A DNA stretch of 34,536 nt from an uncultured virus (IMG/VR IMGVR_UViG_3300045004_000209) (IMGVR_UViG_3300045004_000209), one strand, 5' to 3'. Shown: positions 1-9,533, counted from the stretch's first letter. Program-made: numbers and translations. Notes: generated by a model from the sequence alone, not told the origin.

Positions 1-1166
1 AAAAAAACATGGATAAATGCAGACTGATTCGCCTACAGACCAACTATAGAAGCACAGCAAGCATTACTGATCCTGCTTCCGCACTTATTGCCTATAATGG
101 CAACAGGCTCAATGAATTTATCAATCCTTACAGCAGTGATGGGTTGCCAATAAAAGTCTCAGTGCATATAGACAGAGAAGACGAAGCCCAAGAAATTTGC
201 AAGAAAATCAGGACTCTTGCTTCTTCTGGGGTGTCAATTAAGCGTATAGCTATCCTTTTTAGAATCAACAGTCAAAGCCGAGCTTTTGAGATGTGGTTGA
301 GAAATTTTTCTATACCTTACAAGTTGATTGGTGCATTCAAGTTTCTAGACCGAGAAGAGGTCAAAGATGTTTTGTCGATGCTCAAGTTTGCAGTAAACAA
401 TGTTGATTCAATTAGCTTCAGTCGGTTTGCAAACAAGCCCTCAAGGGGACTAGGTGCTTCCGCAGTTTCCATTCTTGCTCCACGACTTATCCTCGGCAAC
501 ATAAAAGCAGTAATAACTAGAGTTGAGGCTGATTCTGCTTTCTCTCCCAAGCAAAGGGATGCATTGGTGTCTGTTCTATCTGCTTTCGAAGGATTGTACC
601 CGAATAGCAACCCAGGTGAGGCAGCAGAACTTTTGGTTCAAAGGCTTGGCTATAAAAAGCATCTTGAGGCATCAACAAAAGAGAAGCACAAATCAGAAGA
701 AAAAATTGACAATGTAGACGAGTTAATAAAATATGCATACTCTTTTTTTGAGCAGGGTAAGGGTTCCTTGAGGGATTTTTGTGCGTCTCTTTCTTTATCT
801 GATGATGACAGGGACGAAGAAACAGATCAGTCAGTCAATCTGATGAGCATGCATGCTTCCAAAGGTCTAGAGTTTGACACTGTTTTTGTGGTTGGATGTG
901 AAGAGGGATCCATACCGCACGAGAGGTCGATAAAAGAGAATAGTCTAGCCAAGATTGAGGAAGAGAGAAGATTGATGTATGTGGCCATGACAAGAGCCGA
1001 GAAGAGGCTCAGTATGACTATGAGTCTTTTTGATGGTAAAAGCAGAAACAAAGTTGGTAGAGTTTTCATTAAGAGATACTCGCGTTTCTTGCAAGAGGCC
1101 GGATTGATGGATGCAGAAATTTTTTCTGAAAAAGTAGCCGAAATAAGAGCCTGTTTGAATGACTAA
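1..1166 (+). CDS. UvrD/PcrA/Rep superfamily 1 DNA helicase, C-terminal half (5' truncated by window edge)
   Basis: Motifs LQTNYRST, AILFRINSQSR, NKPSRGLG, LMSMHASKGLEFDTVFVVGCEEG and EEERRLMYVAMTRA are present. Walker A/B are absent and the frame is open back to the window start, so ATG at 9 is probably internal. Confidence 0.93.
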   Translation, partial: KNMDKCRLIRLQTNYRSTASITDPASALIAYNGNRLNEFINPYSSDGLPIKVSVHIDREDEAQEICKKIRTLASSGVSIKRIAILFRINSQSRAFEMWLRNFSIPYKLIGAFKFLDREEVKDVLSMLKFAVNNVDSISFSRFANKPSRGLGASAVSILAPRLILGNIKAVITRVEADSAFSPKQRDALVSVLSAFEGLYPNSNPGEAAELLVQRLGYKKHLEASTKEKHKSEEKIDNVDELIKYAYSFFEQGKGSLRDFCASLSLSDDDRDEETDQSVNLMSMHASKGLEFDTVFVVGCEEGSIPHERSIKENSLAKIEEERRLMYVAMTRAEKRLSMTMSLFDGKSRNKVGRVFIKRYSRFLQEAGLMDAEIFSEKVAEIRACLND

Positions 1167-1902
1167 CGCAAAGAAGATCGAGGAATTCTTTGGATGCCAT
1201 CAAGGTCAACCTGGTGTTGTCATGTGCTCTGGGCCGTCTCTGCTATCTGTTGATAAAGAAGAATTATATCGCTTCCCCACTGTAGCTGTCAATTCTTCTA
1301 TACTCCACTATCTAGATTGTAACTATTTTATATCTGATGACCAAGATTTGAAAAATTGGAGTTATTTTACAAAAGACTTGCCCCAGTCGCGATGTGTAAA
1401 ATTTCTGTTCGGTAAAAAATTAGGATTTGAAGCAAGAAGGTTTAGAGGTTCAGATGTGTGCTTGTTTGATCACACTTGGTGGTATGACCCATCAACTGGA
1501 AGAAAAAATGTAGATGGCATTGTTATGGAGAACAATAAGTCAGGTAAGTTGATTGGGGCAAGATCAAGCGCTGCAAGCGCAATACACCTTCTTTATCTGA
1601 TGGGTTGCTGCCCAATATTGATTGTTGGCATGGATGGGGGGCTTGTCAATGGCAAGAGATATTTTTGGGAGATGCATGATCAGCCAAAGGTCTGGAGGAA
1701 GTCAGGAGGATTGCCTCGCGGAGCTATGTCTATGATCATAGGCAAGAAGGAATTGAATGAGATTAATTCATATTGGAATGAGTTTTGCGAGGCTAATGAG
1801 TCGTGGGTGGGAAATATATGGAATTGTTGTACCACTTCTAATGTGAGAGCATTTAAGAAGATGTTTTGGAATGATGCCATTTCGCAACTAAAGATGAGGT
1901 AA
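1159..1902 (+). CDS. DUF115/MAF_flag10 (MptE-like)/Cst-like protein, putative nonulosonate glycosyltransferase
   Basis: VVMCSGPSL, TVAVN, YFISDD and SAASAIHLLYLMGCCPILIVGMD match the GxGPSL...A..lA..mG...I.lvG.D pattern. It lies directly upstream of neuA/neuB-like genes. Confidence 0.7.
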   Translation: MTNAKKIEEFFGCHQGQPGVVMCSGPSLLSVDKEELYRFPTVAVNSSILHYLDCNYFISDDQDLKNWSYFTKDLPQSRCVKFLFGKKLGFEARRFRGSDVCLFDHTWWYDPSTGRKNVDGIVMENNKSGKLIGARSSAASAIHLLYLMGCCPILIVGMDGGLVNGKRYFWEMHDQPKVWRKSGGLPRGAMSMIIGKKELNEINSYWNEFCEANESWVGNIWNCCTTSNVRAFKKMFWNDAISQLKMR

Positions 1903-1906
1903 TTAA

Positions 1907-2632
1907 ATGTCTGCTGTAGCAATAGTTCCGTGCCGAGCAGGATCGAAAGGTGTTATAGGAAAAAACAGAGCGGAGGTCAATTGTTTGCCTCTTTTCTTGT
2001 GGTCTGTTGCTGCTGCCCTAGAGTGTGAAGATGTAAGAACTGTTTGCGTAACAACCGATGATGAAGAAATACTGTCTTGGGGCAACTGGGCGTCGTCTAG
2101 GGATAATCGAATAACTTGCATATCTAGACCAAGTGAAATGGCTACAGACGAGTCCCTCACCGAGCCGTGTTTATTTCATGGATGTGATCAAATATCGGTT
2201 GGCAACCATGAGTATGTTTTACTTCTTCAACCAACATCCCCTTTTAGACATGGAGGCCTCATAAACAGATGCATGACGACAGCTAGAAATTCTGGATCTT
2301 CTTTTACCGCAATTTCTCTAGGTCATATAATGTGGCTTCATAGCGTGCATGCGTCGATGCCGCTTTATGATACGACAAAAAGACTGAGAAGACAAGACTC
2401 TTTACATTCGCCTGTCGTGGCTTTTGAAGACGGCAACATTTATTGCAGTTTGTATTATCAAATGAAAAATACCAAAACTAGGTTTGGAGATTCTCCAAAT
2501 TTGGTTCGTTCAAGTCCCATACACTCTGTTCAAATTGACAGCACTGAAGACCTAGATTTGGCGCGCGATTTGTCACAATGCAAGCAGGTTAATGAATGGA
2601 TGCAAAACGTACAAGTCTTGTTGCCGAAATAG
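1907..2632 (+). CDS. neuA: Acylneuraminate/nonulosonate cytidylyltransferase (CMP-sialic acid synthetase-like)
   Basis: AIVPCRAGSKGVIGKN (cf. PARGGSKG...KN), VTTDDEEI, RPSEMATD, LLQPTSPFR and QIDSTEDL. Confidence 0.9.
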   Translation: MSAVAIVPCRAGSKGVIGKNRAEVNCLPLFLWSVAAALECEDVRTVCVTTDDEEILSWGNWASSRDNRITCISRPSEMATDESLTEPCLFHGCDQISVGNHEYVLLLQPTSPFRHGGLINRCMTTARNSGSSFTAISLGHIMWLHSVHASMPLYDTTKRLRRQDSLHSPVVAFEDGNIYCSLYYQMKNTKTRFGDSPNLVRSSPIHSVQIDSTEDLDLARDLSQCKQVNEWMQNVQVLLPK

Positions 2633-3438
2633 GATGTGTTCACGGCGGCTCTCTCAGCCGTGCAGTTAAACTCATCGAGTTAGCGGCTTCCAACGGGGCA
2701 GATGCTGTAAAGTCTCAAAAGAGGAATCCATATGAGTCTGTTCCTGAGCACATGAAGGCATCTAAACATCCGAACCCAAATTTTTCATTTGGAAGTACCT
2801 ATCTAGATCATAGGCTGAAATTAGAGTTGAATGTTCGAGATCATCAAGACATGTGCAGTCATGCTCACATGCTAGGTATAATGTATGGATGTTCTGTCTG
2901 GGATTTTACATCAGCCCAAGAGATGTCTTCTGTATCTATAGATTTTGTAAAGATACCAAGCGCACTGTGTACCGATTTCAATCTACTAAATGAATGCATG
3001 AAAATATTTTCTTGTCCTGTGCATATTAGCACGGGTATGACCAATATGTTAGAAAGAGAAAGCCTATACAATTTTCTTAAGAGGTTTTCTCATAGATGCG
3101 TGGTTTATCACACAACATCAGAATATCCATGCCCTTTTTCAAGACTGTATCTGAAGGAGATACCAAACATAGTTTCTAAAGGTTTCCAGGCTGGATTCAG
3201 CAATCATGGATATGGCATAGCAGCCGACATAGCCGCCATGACTCTTGGAGCGACATGGATTGAGAGACATTTTGTGGACGACAGATCATACCCACACACT
3301 GATGCTGCTGCAAGTCTAGAGCCTTCAGGCTTGGCGACACTATCTCGTGATCTGCAGAATGTTTCTAAAAGTCTATGCTCTAGGCCAGAAAGCCCTACCG
3401 AAGAAGAAGTAAACCAAATTAGGAAATTAAGACCATGA
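2596..3438 (+). CDS. neuB: NeuB-family PEP-dependent nonulosonate(-9-phosphate) synthase, short form lacking the C-terminal antifreeze-like domain
   Basis: AEIGCVHGG, GADAVKSQKR, SVWD, KIPSA, ISTGM, HTTSEYP, GFSNH, GATWIERHF and DAAASLEP. Only 280 aa, ending soon after the TIM barrel. Confidence 0.92.
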   Translation: MDAKRTSLVAEIGCVHGGSLSRAVKLIELAASNGADAVKSQKRNPYESVPEHMKASKHPNPNFSFGSTYLDHRLKLELNVRDHQDMCSHAHMLGIMYGCSVWDFTSAQEMSSVSIDFVKIPSALCTDFNLLNECMKIFSCPVHISTGMTNMLERESLYNFLKRFSHRCVVYHTTSEYPCPFSRLYLKEIPNIVSKGFQAGFSNHGYGIAADIAAMTLGATWIERHFVDDRSYPHTDAAASLEPSGLATLSRDLQNVSKSLCSRPESPTEEEVNQIRKLRP

Positions 3439-3905
3439 CAGATGAGCAGATCAAAATAGTTTTTTGCGATATCGACGGAACTATCACTGACGGCATGTAT
3501 CACGTGGATGGATCTGGATCCGTATCTAAAAGTTTTCATACTCGAGACATTCATGCATTGCACTTGCTGTCGGAGAATTCAGAAATTTATGTTGCTGTTG
3601 TTACTGGCTCAGAAGATGAATGTAATAGAAAGAAATTTGAAGAACTAGACATACCTCTTTACGAAGCAGTAAGAGATAAGTTAGATTTTGTCAAATCTAT
3701 ATGCGCAAATATTGGATGCTCTCCATCCGAGTGCCTTTTTATAGGTGATGGTATCAATGACATGGAAGCCATGATAGAATGTGGATTGAAGGCATGTCCT
3801 GCCGATGCGTCTCCCGTAGTTCTTGCAATTGAGGGCATGATCATTTCAGAAAAAAATGGTGGATGCGGTGCAGTTGAAGACATAATTTTGAAAGTGTTAA
3901 AATAG
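3435..3905 (+). CDS. KdsC/KDN-9-phosphatase-like HAD phosphatase
   Basis: DIDGTITDG (HAD motif I), SKSFHTRD, VVTG, FIGDGINDM, CPADA and GGCGAV. Confidence 0.9.
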   Translation: MTDEQIKIVFCDIDGTITDGMYHVDGSGSVSKSFHTRDIHALHLLSENSEIYVAVVTGSEDECNRKKFEELDIPLYEAVRDKLDFVKSICANIGCSPSECLFIGDGINDMEAMIECGLKACPADASPVVLAIEGMIISEKNGGCGAVEDIILKVLK

Positions 3906-3906
3906 C

Positions 3907-5832
3907 ATGCATGTGCTTCATCTTTTTGATAGATTTGTAAATTCAGGAGCACACTCCTCAGCATCTGCAATAAGGAGTGCAATAAGCCTTTGCAGACCAG
4001 AGTGGACTCAGTCTGCCGTGGTTTTTGCTCCAGACTCTAAAAGCAAAAAGGTATGCCCTCCTTGGTTTTTCATGCAAGATGTTCCTGTTGGATTTGCTGC
4101 ACTTAAAAAAAATGCTAGGGAACGTCAATCAACTGTTGTTCTGCTTCACAGAACCATGAAAACCCCCGTTGAACACATGGCGGCTCATGTGTCTGCCACA
4201 GGGTGTCCATGCGTGGTGGTGTCACACACAATCTCTCCATCTGCATCTGCAAATAAGATGGGATCTAGTTCTGCAATTATAGCAGTGTCTAATAAAATGG
4301 CTGTAGCGCTTTCAGAGTGCAACAAAAGAAGGCCTGTACATGTCATACGTAATTTTTGCACCGACACACCTACGAGATGGTCTTATAGGCAATCAGACAG
4401 ACTGACACTAGGTCGTGTCAATTCCTTCAACGCGATAAAGCATTCTGATAAATTCATCTCATGGTTCAAAGGGTTTGATTTTGGCAAGCCCGCAATTTTG
4501 AGATATGTAGGCGCTGGCAAATTACTAGACTCTGCAAAATTAGCTTACAAAAATGCTGCGGGTAACAATATCATAGATTTTTTAGGATGGATTGAAAGCC
4601 GCGACAATGTGCTTAAAGAGATGTCTTATTGGGATGGCATGCTCTATCATATCAACGAGCCTGAGGGTACAAGCATGGCTATCATAGACGCCATGTGTAT
4701 GGGTATGCCAATAGTAACATCTAATTTTCCTGGCAATAATGAACTGATAGAGCATGGGGTTTCAGGCCTGTTGTTCTCTGATTTTTTTCAGGCTGGAGAT
4801 CAGTGCAAATCTTTGACAAATAAAGAAGTGGCGTTTTCGTTGTCAGAAAAAGCTAGATTGCGGTGGGAGTCTGAGTGCTCTTGTCTTGTAGGCGGAGAAA
4901 AATACTGTAATATTATAGAAAAATATTCTTCCCAGTCATCTACGGTGGCAACTGCTCGGGTTGGCCTCTATGGAGGATCAATTGTGTCTGCGCCCTTGGT
5001 TGCAAGCAGTTCCCTGTCTAAGTGTGAATCTTTTGCTCTCAGTAAGTCAAATTACATGAGGAGTAAACTTCCTCATTCAGATGAACATGTATGCTTGCTA
5101 GTCACCTGTAGAAATAAATCGGCAATGCTTGGTGACTGCCTAGAAAGCGTCGCTAATCAGACGCACCCAAATGTATCAGTAAACTTTGTAGACGATGCCT
5201 CATCGGATAAGTCTAAAGTGATTTGGCGTAAGTGGAAAGAAAGACTTGAGGCAAGAGGCTTCATTTGCAGAGAGCATTTTAATCACTCTTTACAGGGCTA
5301 TGCAAAATCGTTGTCAGTCGCCCTAGCCGTGGCGCCTCCAAGATGCATAGTTGCTATACTTGACGCAGATGATGCACTTTTGAAGCACTCATGCTCCATA
5401 CTTGCATCCGTGTATGAAATGGTTATTGATGCCACATTCGTTTGGACTCAGTTCATTTATTGTGATCCAAAACTTCAACCGCAAAGATTAGGATTTTCTT
5501 CTCAACCGTTGCTAGGGAAGTCTTTGCTAGACAGCGAATTGACTACCAAAAAGAAACATTGCTACAGCCATTGGCGTTCTTTTAGGCGTTTTTCTAATGA
5601 CGATGAGATTTTTAATACAGACGCTCCATCTGCTATAGATAAATTTATGGGCTATCGTCTTGAGGAGTTCGGCAAGGGTCATTTTGAGAACATGCCTCTT
5701 TACTTGTATAGAGAGCCAGGAAGCGGAACCATGACAGCTTCGGGAGGTCAAGCAAAAAGTTGGCGCAAAATTAGAGCCGAGGCAGAAAAGCGTCGAAAAA
5801 ATATTAACTGCATGTTGAGAGGATTTATCTGA
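3907..5832 (+). CDS. Bifunctional glycosyltransferase, N-terminal GT4 (GT-B) fused to C-terminal GT2 (GT-A)
   Basis: GT4 motif EGTSMAIIDAMCMGMPIVTS...ELIEHGVSGLLF. GT2 motifs LGDCLESVANQT, FVDDASSD and ILDADD. Confidence 0.85.
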   Translation: MHVLHLFDRFVNSGAHSSASAIRSAISLCRPEWTQSAVVFAPDSKSKKVCPPWFFMQDVPVGFAALKKNARERQSTVVLLHRTMKTPVEHMAAHVSATGCPCVVVSHTISPSASANKMGSSSAIIAVSNKMAVALSECNKRRPVHVIRNFCTDTPTRWSYRQSDRLTLGRVNSFNAIKHSDKFISWFKGFDFGKPAILRYVGAGKLLDSAKLAYKNAAGNNIIDFLGWIESRDNVLKEMSYWDGMLYHINEPEGTSMAIIDAMCMGMPIVTSNFPGNNELIEHGVSGLLFSDFFQAGDQCKSLTNKEVAFSLSEKARLRWESECSCLVGGEKYCNIIEKYSSQSSTVATARVGLYGGSIVSAPLVASSSLSKCESFALSKSNYMRSKLPHSDEHVCLLVTCRNKSAMLGDCLESVANQTHPNVSVNFVDDASSDKSKVIWRKWKERLEARGFICREHFNHSLQGYAKSLSVALAVAPPRCIVAILDADDALLKHSCSILASVYEMVIDATFVWTQFIYCDPKLQPQRLGFSSQPLLGKSLLDSELTTKKKHCYSHWRSFRRFSNDDEIFNTDAPSAIDKFMGYRLEEFGKGHFENMPLYLYREPGSGTMTASGGQAKSWRKIRAEAEKRRKNINCMLRGFI

Positions 5833-6170
5833 TGGCAAGAAAAAAAAGAGTAGTTCGTGTCTATCAAACCAAGACACCGCTTCCACTGCCAGAGGCTCTG
5901 AAGCATATCAGTTATGTACAACTGACAGGGAAGACTACGGTCTTTCTTGTTCAAGAAAGACATTCAAGTACAATAGAAAACCTGCTTAGGGATGCTAAGG
6001 TTGGATGGCATCGCAGAAGATTTGACGACGAGGTTCGCTTTGAATTGTTTTCAACAGCCGATCCAGACGCAGAAAGACCAGACAAGGTTATAGCATCGTT
6101 TTTAAAGTTTTTCAACATCAAGGAGGTAAAAAATGAAATCTCAAATCAAAGAAGCGAAGACATATGTTGA
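5832..6170 (+). CDS. Hypothetical protein
   Basis: 112 aa ORF with a TGATG overlap with the upstream gene. No recognised motif. Confidence 0.65.
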   Translation: MARKKRVVRVYQTKTPLPLPEALKHISYVQLTGKTTVFLVQERHSSTIENLLRDAKVGWHRRRFDDEVRFELFSTADPDAERPDKVIASFLKFFNIKEVKNEISNQRSEDIC

Positions 6171-6432
6171 CATACGCGGGATCATGATTGTGGCTTTGTC
6201 GCCTATTGGTTCCGAAAAGGCCGAACAGTTTTTTGGAGTCGCCAAGGTTGTCATGCCGATTGGCGGCGAGGAGATGAGATTCCCAATCCCGGCTGCTAAT
6301 TTAGAGGAGGCTTTTGACAACTACGACTCTGAACTAAAAAAATTCTCTGAAGAGTTTGAAAAGCAGATGAGGGAAAACGCAGCAAAAGAAAATTCAGAAA
6401 CTCAAGAGGTTGTAACAGAGCCTGTTGCATAA
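6133..6432 (+). CDS. Hypothetical protein, acidic helical C-terminus
   Basis: 99 aa. A strong SD sequence (AAGGAGG, about 6120-6126) precedes the ATG at 6133. Confidence 0.75.
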   Translation: MKSQIKEAKTYVDIRGIMIVALSPIGSEKAEQFFGVAKVVMPIGGEEMRFPIPAANLEEAFDNYDSELKKFSEEFEKQMRENAAKENSETQEVVTEPVA

Positions 6433-6440
6433 ACAAATGC

Positions 6441-7094
6441 ATGAGGATTGTTGTCTGTCCTAATCCGGCTCCTGATCTCAAAGAGATTGATGGCAAATAC
6501 GATTTGGCAATTGTGTGCGGAATTTGTCCGCTTTTTGACAATAGTTTGGTTACTTGGAATTTGGTGAATTCTATAAGTTGGATAAACAAAAAGTTCAATC
6601 CCTGGATAAAAAGTTTTGATGCGTCGGTAAAAATAATGACTCCATCACCGTATGATTTCGTTGCTGAGTTCTACGGTTCGCAACTCAACTATTACTTGGC
6701 AGGAGAATATTTGCAAGATGACACAGTTTCTTTCAGAGGCCTCAATATTTACGCAATGCCATGGTATATGTCGCATATGCCTCATGTGCCAAATCAAGGA
6801 GTTAGAGCTTTCAAAGCTCGTAACTCAGAATTGATGAATGTTGCAATAGATAGCATTCCCGATGAAACAGACATACTTATCTGCAATACACACGCACATA
6901 TGTGCAAAGGAGATGTACTGCCGTATTTTCACGGCGATTTGAGACTACTTGAACGATTAGATTCTTTGAAACGTTTAAAACTTTTCATTCACACAAACAT
7001 CGCCTGCGATTTTGACCAGGCACAGCAGAGAAAGTATTTAACATTATGCGCAAGTCACGAAACGATAGGCAAAAGCACCGTGGTCAACATGTAA
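6441..7094 (+). CDS. Calcineurin-like metallophosphoesterase homologue (MPPED/239FB-like), metal ligands degenerate
   Basis: YLQDDTVSFRGLNIYAMPW, IPDETDILI and GDLRLLERL...LKLFIH resemble the family scaffold. The DxH, GD, GNH and GHxH motifs are not intact. Confidence 0.6.
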   Translation: MRIVVCPNPAPDLKEIDGKYDLAIVCGICPLFDNSLVTWNLVNSISWINKKFNPWIKSFDASVKIMTPSPYDFVAEFYGSQLNYYLAGEYLQDDTVSFRGLNIYAMPWYMSHMPHVPNQGVRAFKARNSELMNVAIDSIPDETDILICNTHAHMCKGDVLPYFHGDLRLLERLDSLKRLKLFIHTNIACDFDQAQQRKYLTLCASHETIGKSTVVNM

Positions 7095-7468
7095 AAAACA
7101 CGGATGCTCGTTCTGTAGGAGAGCATATTTCTAATATTGTTTATGGAGATTGCGAGTTTTTTGACCAGCCAGCACGCAACGGTCATTTCGGAATATTAAT
7201 AATGACTGCGTATCTGATGCACGGAGTTGACAGCCTCGGTCAGATGTGTCGACATCTGAGGATACCGAATGATGATTTGATTGTCGCTTTTAACAATTTG
7301 AATTCAAGTGGACTTATTGGAGAAAATTCATGGCCAAATCGAAACAAGGAAAGCCTTCTGTCTCTGCAGCAAAATTACCAGTCAAAGAAGATAATGATAG
7401 ATTGGTGTCAAATAGCCGCAATCGCGTCAGGTTATCTAGGCGCTCTCAGGTCGACGCGAGGGATGTAG
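7046..7468 (+). CDS. Hypothetical protein
   Basis: 140 aa ORF filling the + strand gene array. Start uncertain. Confidence 0.6.
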   Translation: MRKSRNDRQKHRGQHVKNTDARSVGEHISNIVYGDCEFFDQPARNGHFGILIMTAYLMHGVDSLGQMCRHLRIPNDDLIVAFNNLNSSGLIGENSWPNRNKESLLSLQQNYQSKKIMIDWCQIAAIASGYLGALRSTRGM

Positions 7469-7494
7469 CAAGAGGGGTCGGTCGTTTTGCTCAT

Positions 7495-7911
7495 ATGTAC
7501 ATTCAGGCGAGTGCGTCCCAGAAGAGCATAAAAGGTTCTATCGCTGCATCGGGCAATATGGTTGGCAAGGTCGTAAATGACGATCAGCCTATGGCTAATG
7601 TAGCAGAGGCTTGGTCTCGAGCAATATCAGAGGTCATGTCTGCCCGCATGCCAGATATGATTAGTAATTACATTATCGATCTTGTTGTAGAAATGAGGCA
7701 GCATTTTTCTAAATTTTACTCATCGCGCGATTTGGCGAAAATAGCCAAATTTGTAAACAGCACCACGGGTGAAAAATTGATAGCAGATACTGAATTATCA
7801 ACTATACTAGCTGTGGCTCGAGAGCAACTCCATGTAAAAATAGTCTCCGCACTTCAAGACCCTGCTTGCTTCGAGTTGTTTAAAAAGCATATGAGATCAG
7901 TCGATGTATGA
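7495..7911 (+). CDS. Hypothetical protein with DUF2059-like segment
   Basis: HFSKFYSSRDLAKIAKFVNSTTGEKLI resembles the DUF2059 pattern (F/Y s.eEL..i..Fy.Sp.G.K). ATG 7495 was chosen to avoid the 139 nt overlap implied by the track start at 7330. Confidence 0.5.
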   Translation: MYIQASASQKSIKGSIAASGNMVGKVVNDDQPMANVAEAWSRAISEVMSARMPDMISNYIIDLVVEMRQHFSKFYSSRDLAKIAKFVNSTTGEKLIADTELSTILAVAREQLHVKIVSALQDPACFELFKKHMRSVDV

Positions 7912-8678
7912 ATGGTTTAGCAACTGTCAAGCACCTTTGCGGCACTGTCAATGTACGCGACATAGCCAAGAATCTGCACACAGATGGTCTTCCACTATCT
8001 TCTAGAGGCAAAGGAAAGATTCTTTTGCGCTCTGTGCTTCCTGTGCCAGTATCTGGCGATATAACTGTAAGTATCCCAAGATTTACATCTGATTGGGGCT
8101 CTGTTGGAGCTGCTGTGTTCGCTATGTGCAGTTCAAAAAAGTCTTCTATGATGCGTATTGAGTATGATCCGTTAGGTGGTCACTATGGTCTTGACCCGTG
8201 GACTGTGGCCATGAGGTGGTTAGCTGAGTACTGCGAAGACCTGTCGTCTAGACTTTGGAGTTGGAGGCCAATATCTCTGCCATGGGAGAGGCAGGCTCTA
8301 GATGATGCACAGTCAAGATTTTCATCATGCATGCAGCATTGGAGCAAGCATTCTCCTGCTCTTTTTAGGCTTGCTGAGCAGGTGTCTTCATCCGGCAACT
8401 ATCAGAAGTTGCGAGCTTTATCTCAAGCAGATGTTGTCCAAAAAAGTGCACCAAAAATGTTTCCCGAACAAGAATTGGCTGTTTGTCGTCTGTCGGAAAT
8501 TAATCTTTTGGTAAATCATTCTTCTCCACTCGCTTTGAAAAAGGTTTCTGGTCGTATACTTAACGACAGAGATGTAGACTCAGTGGCTGATGAGATCCTC
8601 AATACAAAACATGATGACATAAGGTCAGCAGCACTTTCAGCTGCTGAACTGCTAAAAATATTGAACGGGAAACGATGA
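7908..8678 (+). CDS. Hypothetical protein
   Basis: 256 aa, ATGA overlaps at both ends. No recognised motif. Confidence 0.7.
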   Translation: MNGLATVKHLCGTVNVRDIAKNLHTDGLPLSSRGKGKILLRSVLPVPVSGDITVSIPRFTSDWGSVGAAVFAMCSSKKSSMMRIEYDPLGGHYGLDPWTVAMRWLAEYCEDLSSRLWSWRPISLPWERQALDDAQSRFSSCMQHWSKHSPALFRLAEQVSSSGNYQKLRALSQADVVQKSAPKMFPEQELAVCRLSEINLLVNHSSPLALKKVSGRILNDRDVDSVADEILNTKHDDIRSAALSAAELLKILNGKR

Positions 8679-9112
8679 AGTCAGTTCCTAACGAATACAC
8701 CGAACTTTCTGACATGCGACAGCAAATGACTGAACTTGCTGATCGGTATCCGGATAAGTTTGACAGATTGCCAGACGACAGATTCAGGTGTTTTGCAATT
8801 GTAAACAATTCTAGATCTAGAAATAAAAACAAGGTATGGGAAATGTATCCAGTGCCCAAGCCAATCAACGATATTGTTGGCATAGATATGGCCGTGGTGG
8901 TTTACTTGGACGACTGGTCTTCCATGACTGACGGTCAGAGGTCTCTGCTGGTTGCAGACATACTTCTGTCGATAAAGTTGAAGGAAGGGAAACTTTCTTT
9001 CGTTGCTTTCGATGTACAAGATCATTCTGAAATGATCAGGAACTTTGGATTAGATTATTTGTCTAATCCAGACTCGCCAAATATCAACAATTTCAACCAC
9101 CTTTGGAGCTAA
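8675..9112 (+). CDS. Phage putative metallopeptidase-family homologue lacking HExxH
   Basis: DMAVVVYLDDWSSMTDGQRSLLVADILLSI...FDVQDHSEMIRNFG parallels the family pattern D.vI.i...W..l...qr.All.HEL.H...HDveeF..iv..yG. Confidence 0.6.
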   Translation: MKSVPNEYTELSDMRQQMTELADRYPDKFDRLPDDRFRCFAIVNNSRSRNKNKVWEMYPVPKPINDIVGIDMAVVVYLDDWSSMTDGQRSLLVADILLSIKLKEGKLSFVAFDVQDHSEMIRNFGLDYLSNPDSPNINNFNHLWS

Positions 9113-9113
9113 A

Positions 9114-9533
9114 ATGCAGACAGAAATATGGCTTATGGACGAATACGGTCAGGGAAGTATTTTGGGAAGGTTTTCCGATCCAAAATTTGCGATGGACAAG
9201 GCTCTTGCCCACCTGCATGCAGTGAACTGTGATAATGCCCTCACCCTTCAAGAGAGAATGAAGTCTTGGGAGTGTTACCTACCTGTTGTCATTACTGATG
9301 GTAAGCCAGACTTTTCCATGCTGTTTGATGAAAACAAGGTGGGCAGGAGTCCGAGATTCTTGCGGAATGATGGTTCGCATGTTTCTGCTTCTTCTTGTAA
9401 AATTATGATGCTTGGCAACAATCTAAAATGCGAGACTCCGTGGTTCATTCAGGATTTTAAAGGTAGGAACATATGCTCCCTTGAGGATGCATCTCTTCGC
9501 AATAAGGCTTTCATCAACTTCCGACAGTCATGA
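9114..9533 (+). CDS. Hypothetical protein
   Basis: 139 aa. GGAG lies upstream, and there is an ATGA overlap with the next gene. Confidence 0.7.
   Translation: MQTEIWLMDEYGQGSILGRFSDPKFAMDKALAHLHAVNCDNALTLQERMKSWECYLPVVITDGKPDFSMLFDENKVGRSPRFLRNDGSHVSASSCKIMMLGNNLKCETPWFIQDFKGRNICSLEDASLRNKAFINFRQS

Noticed and set aside
1..1166. Truncated helicase pseudogene
   Set aside because: The window edge explains the missing N-terminal motifs, and the frame is open upstream of ATG 9.
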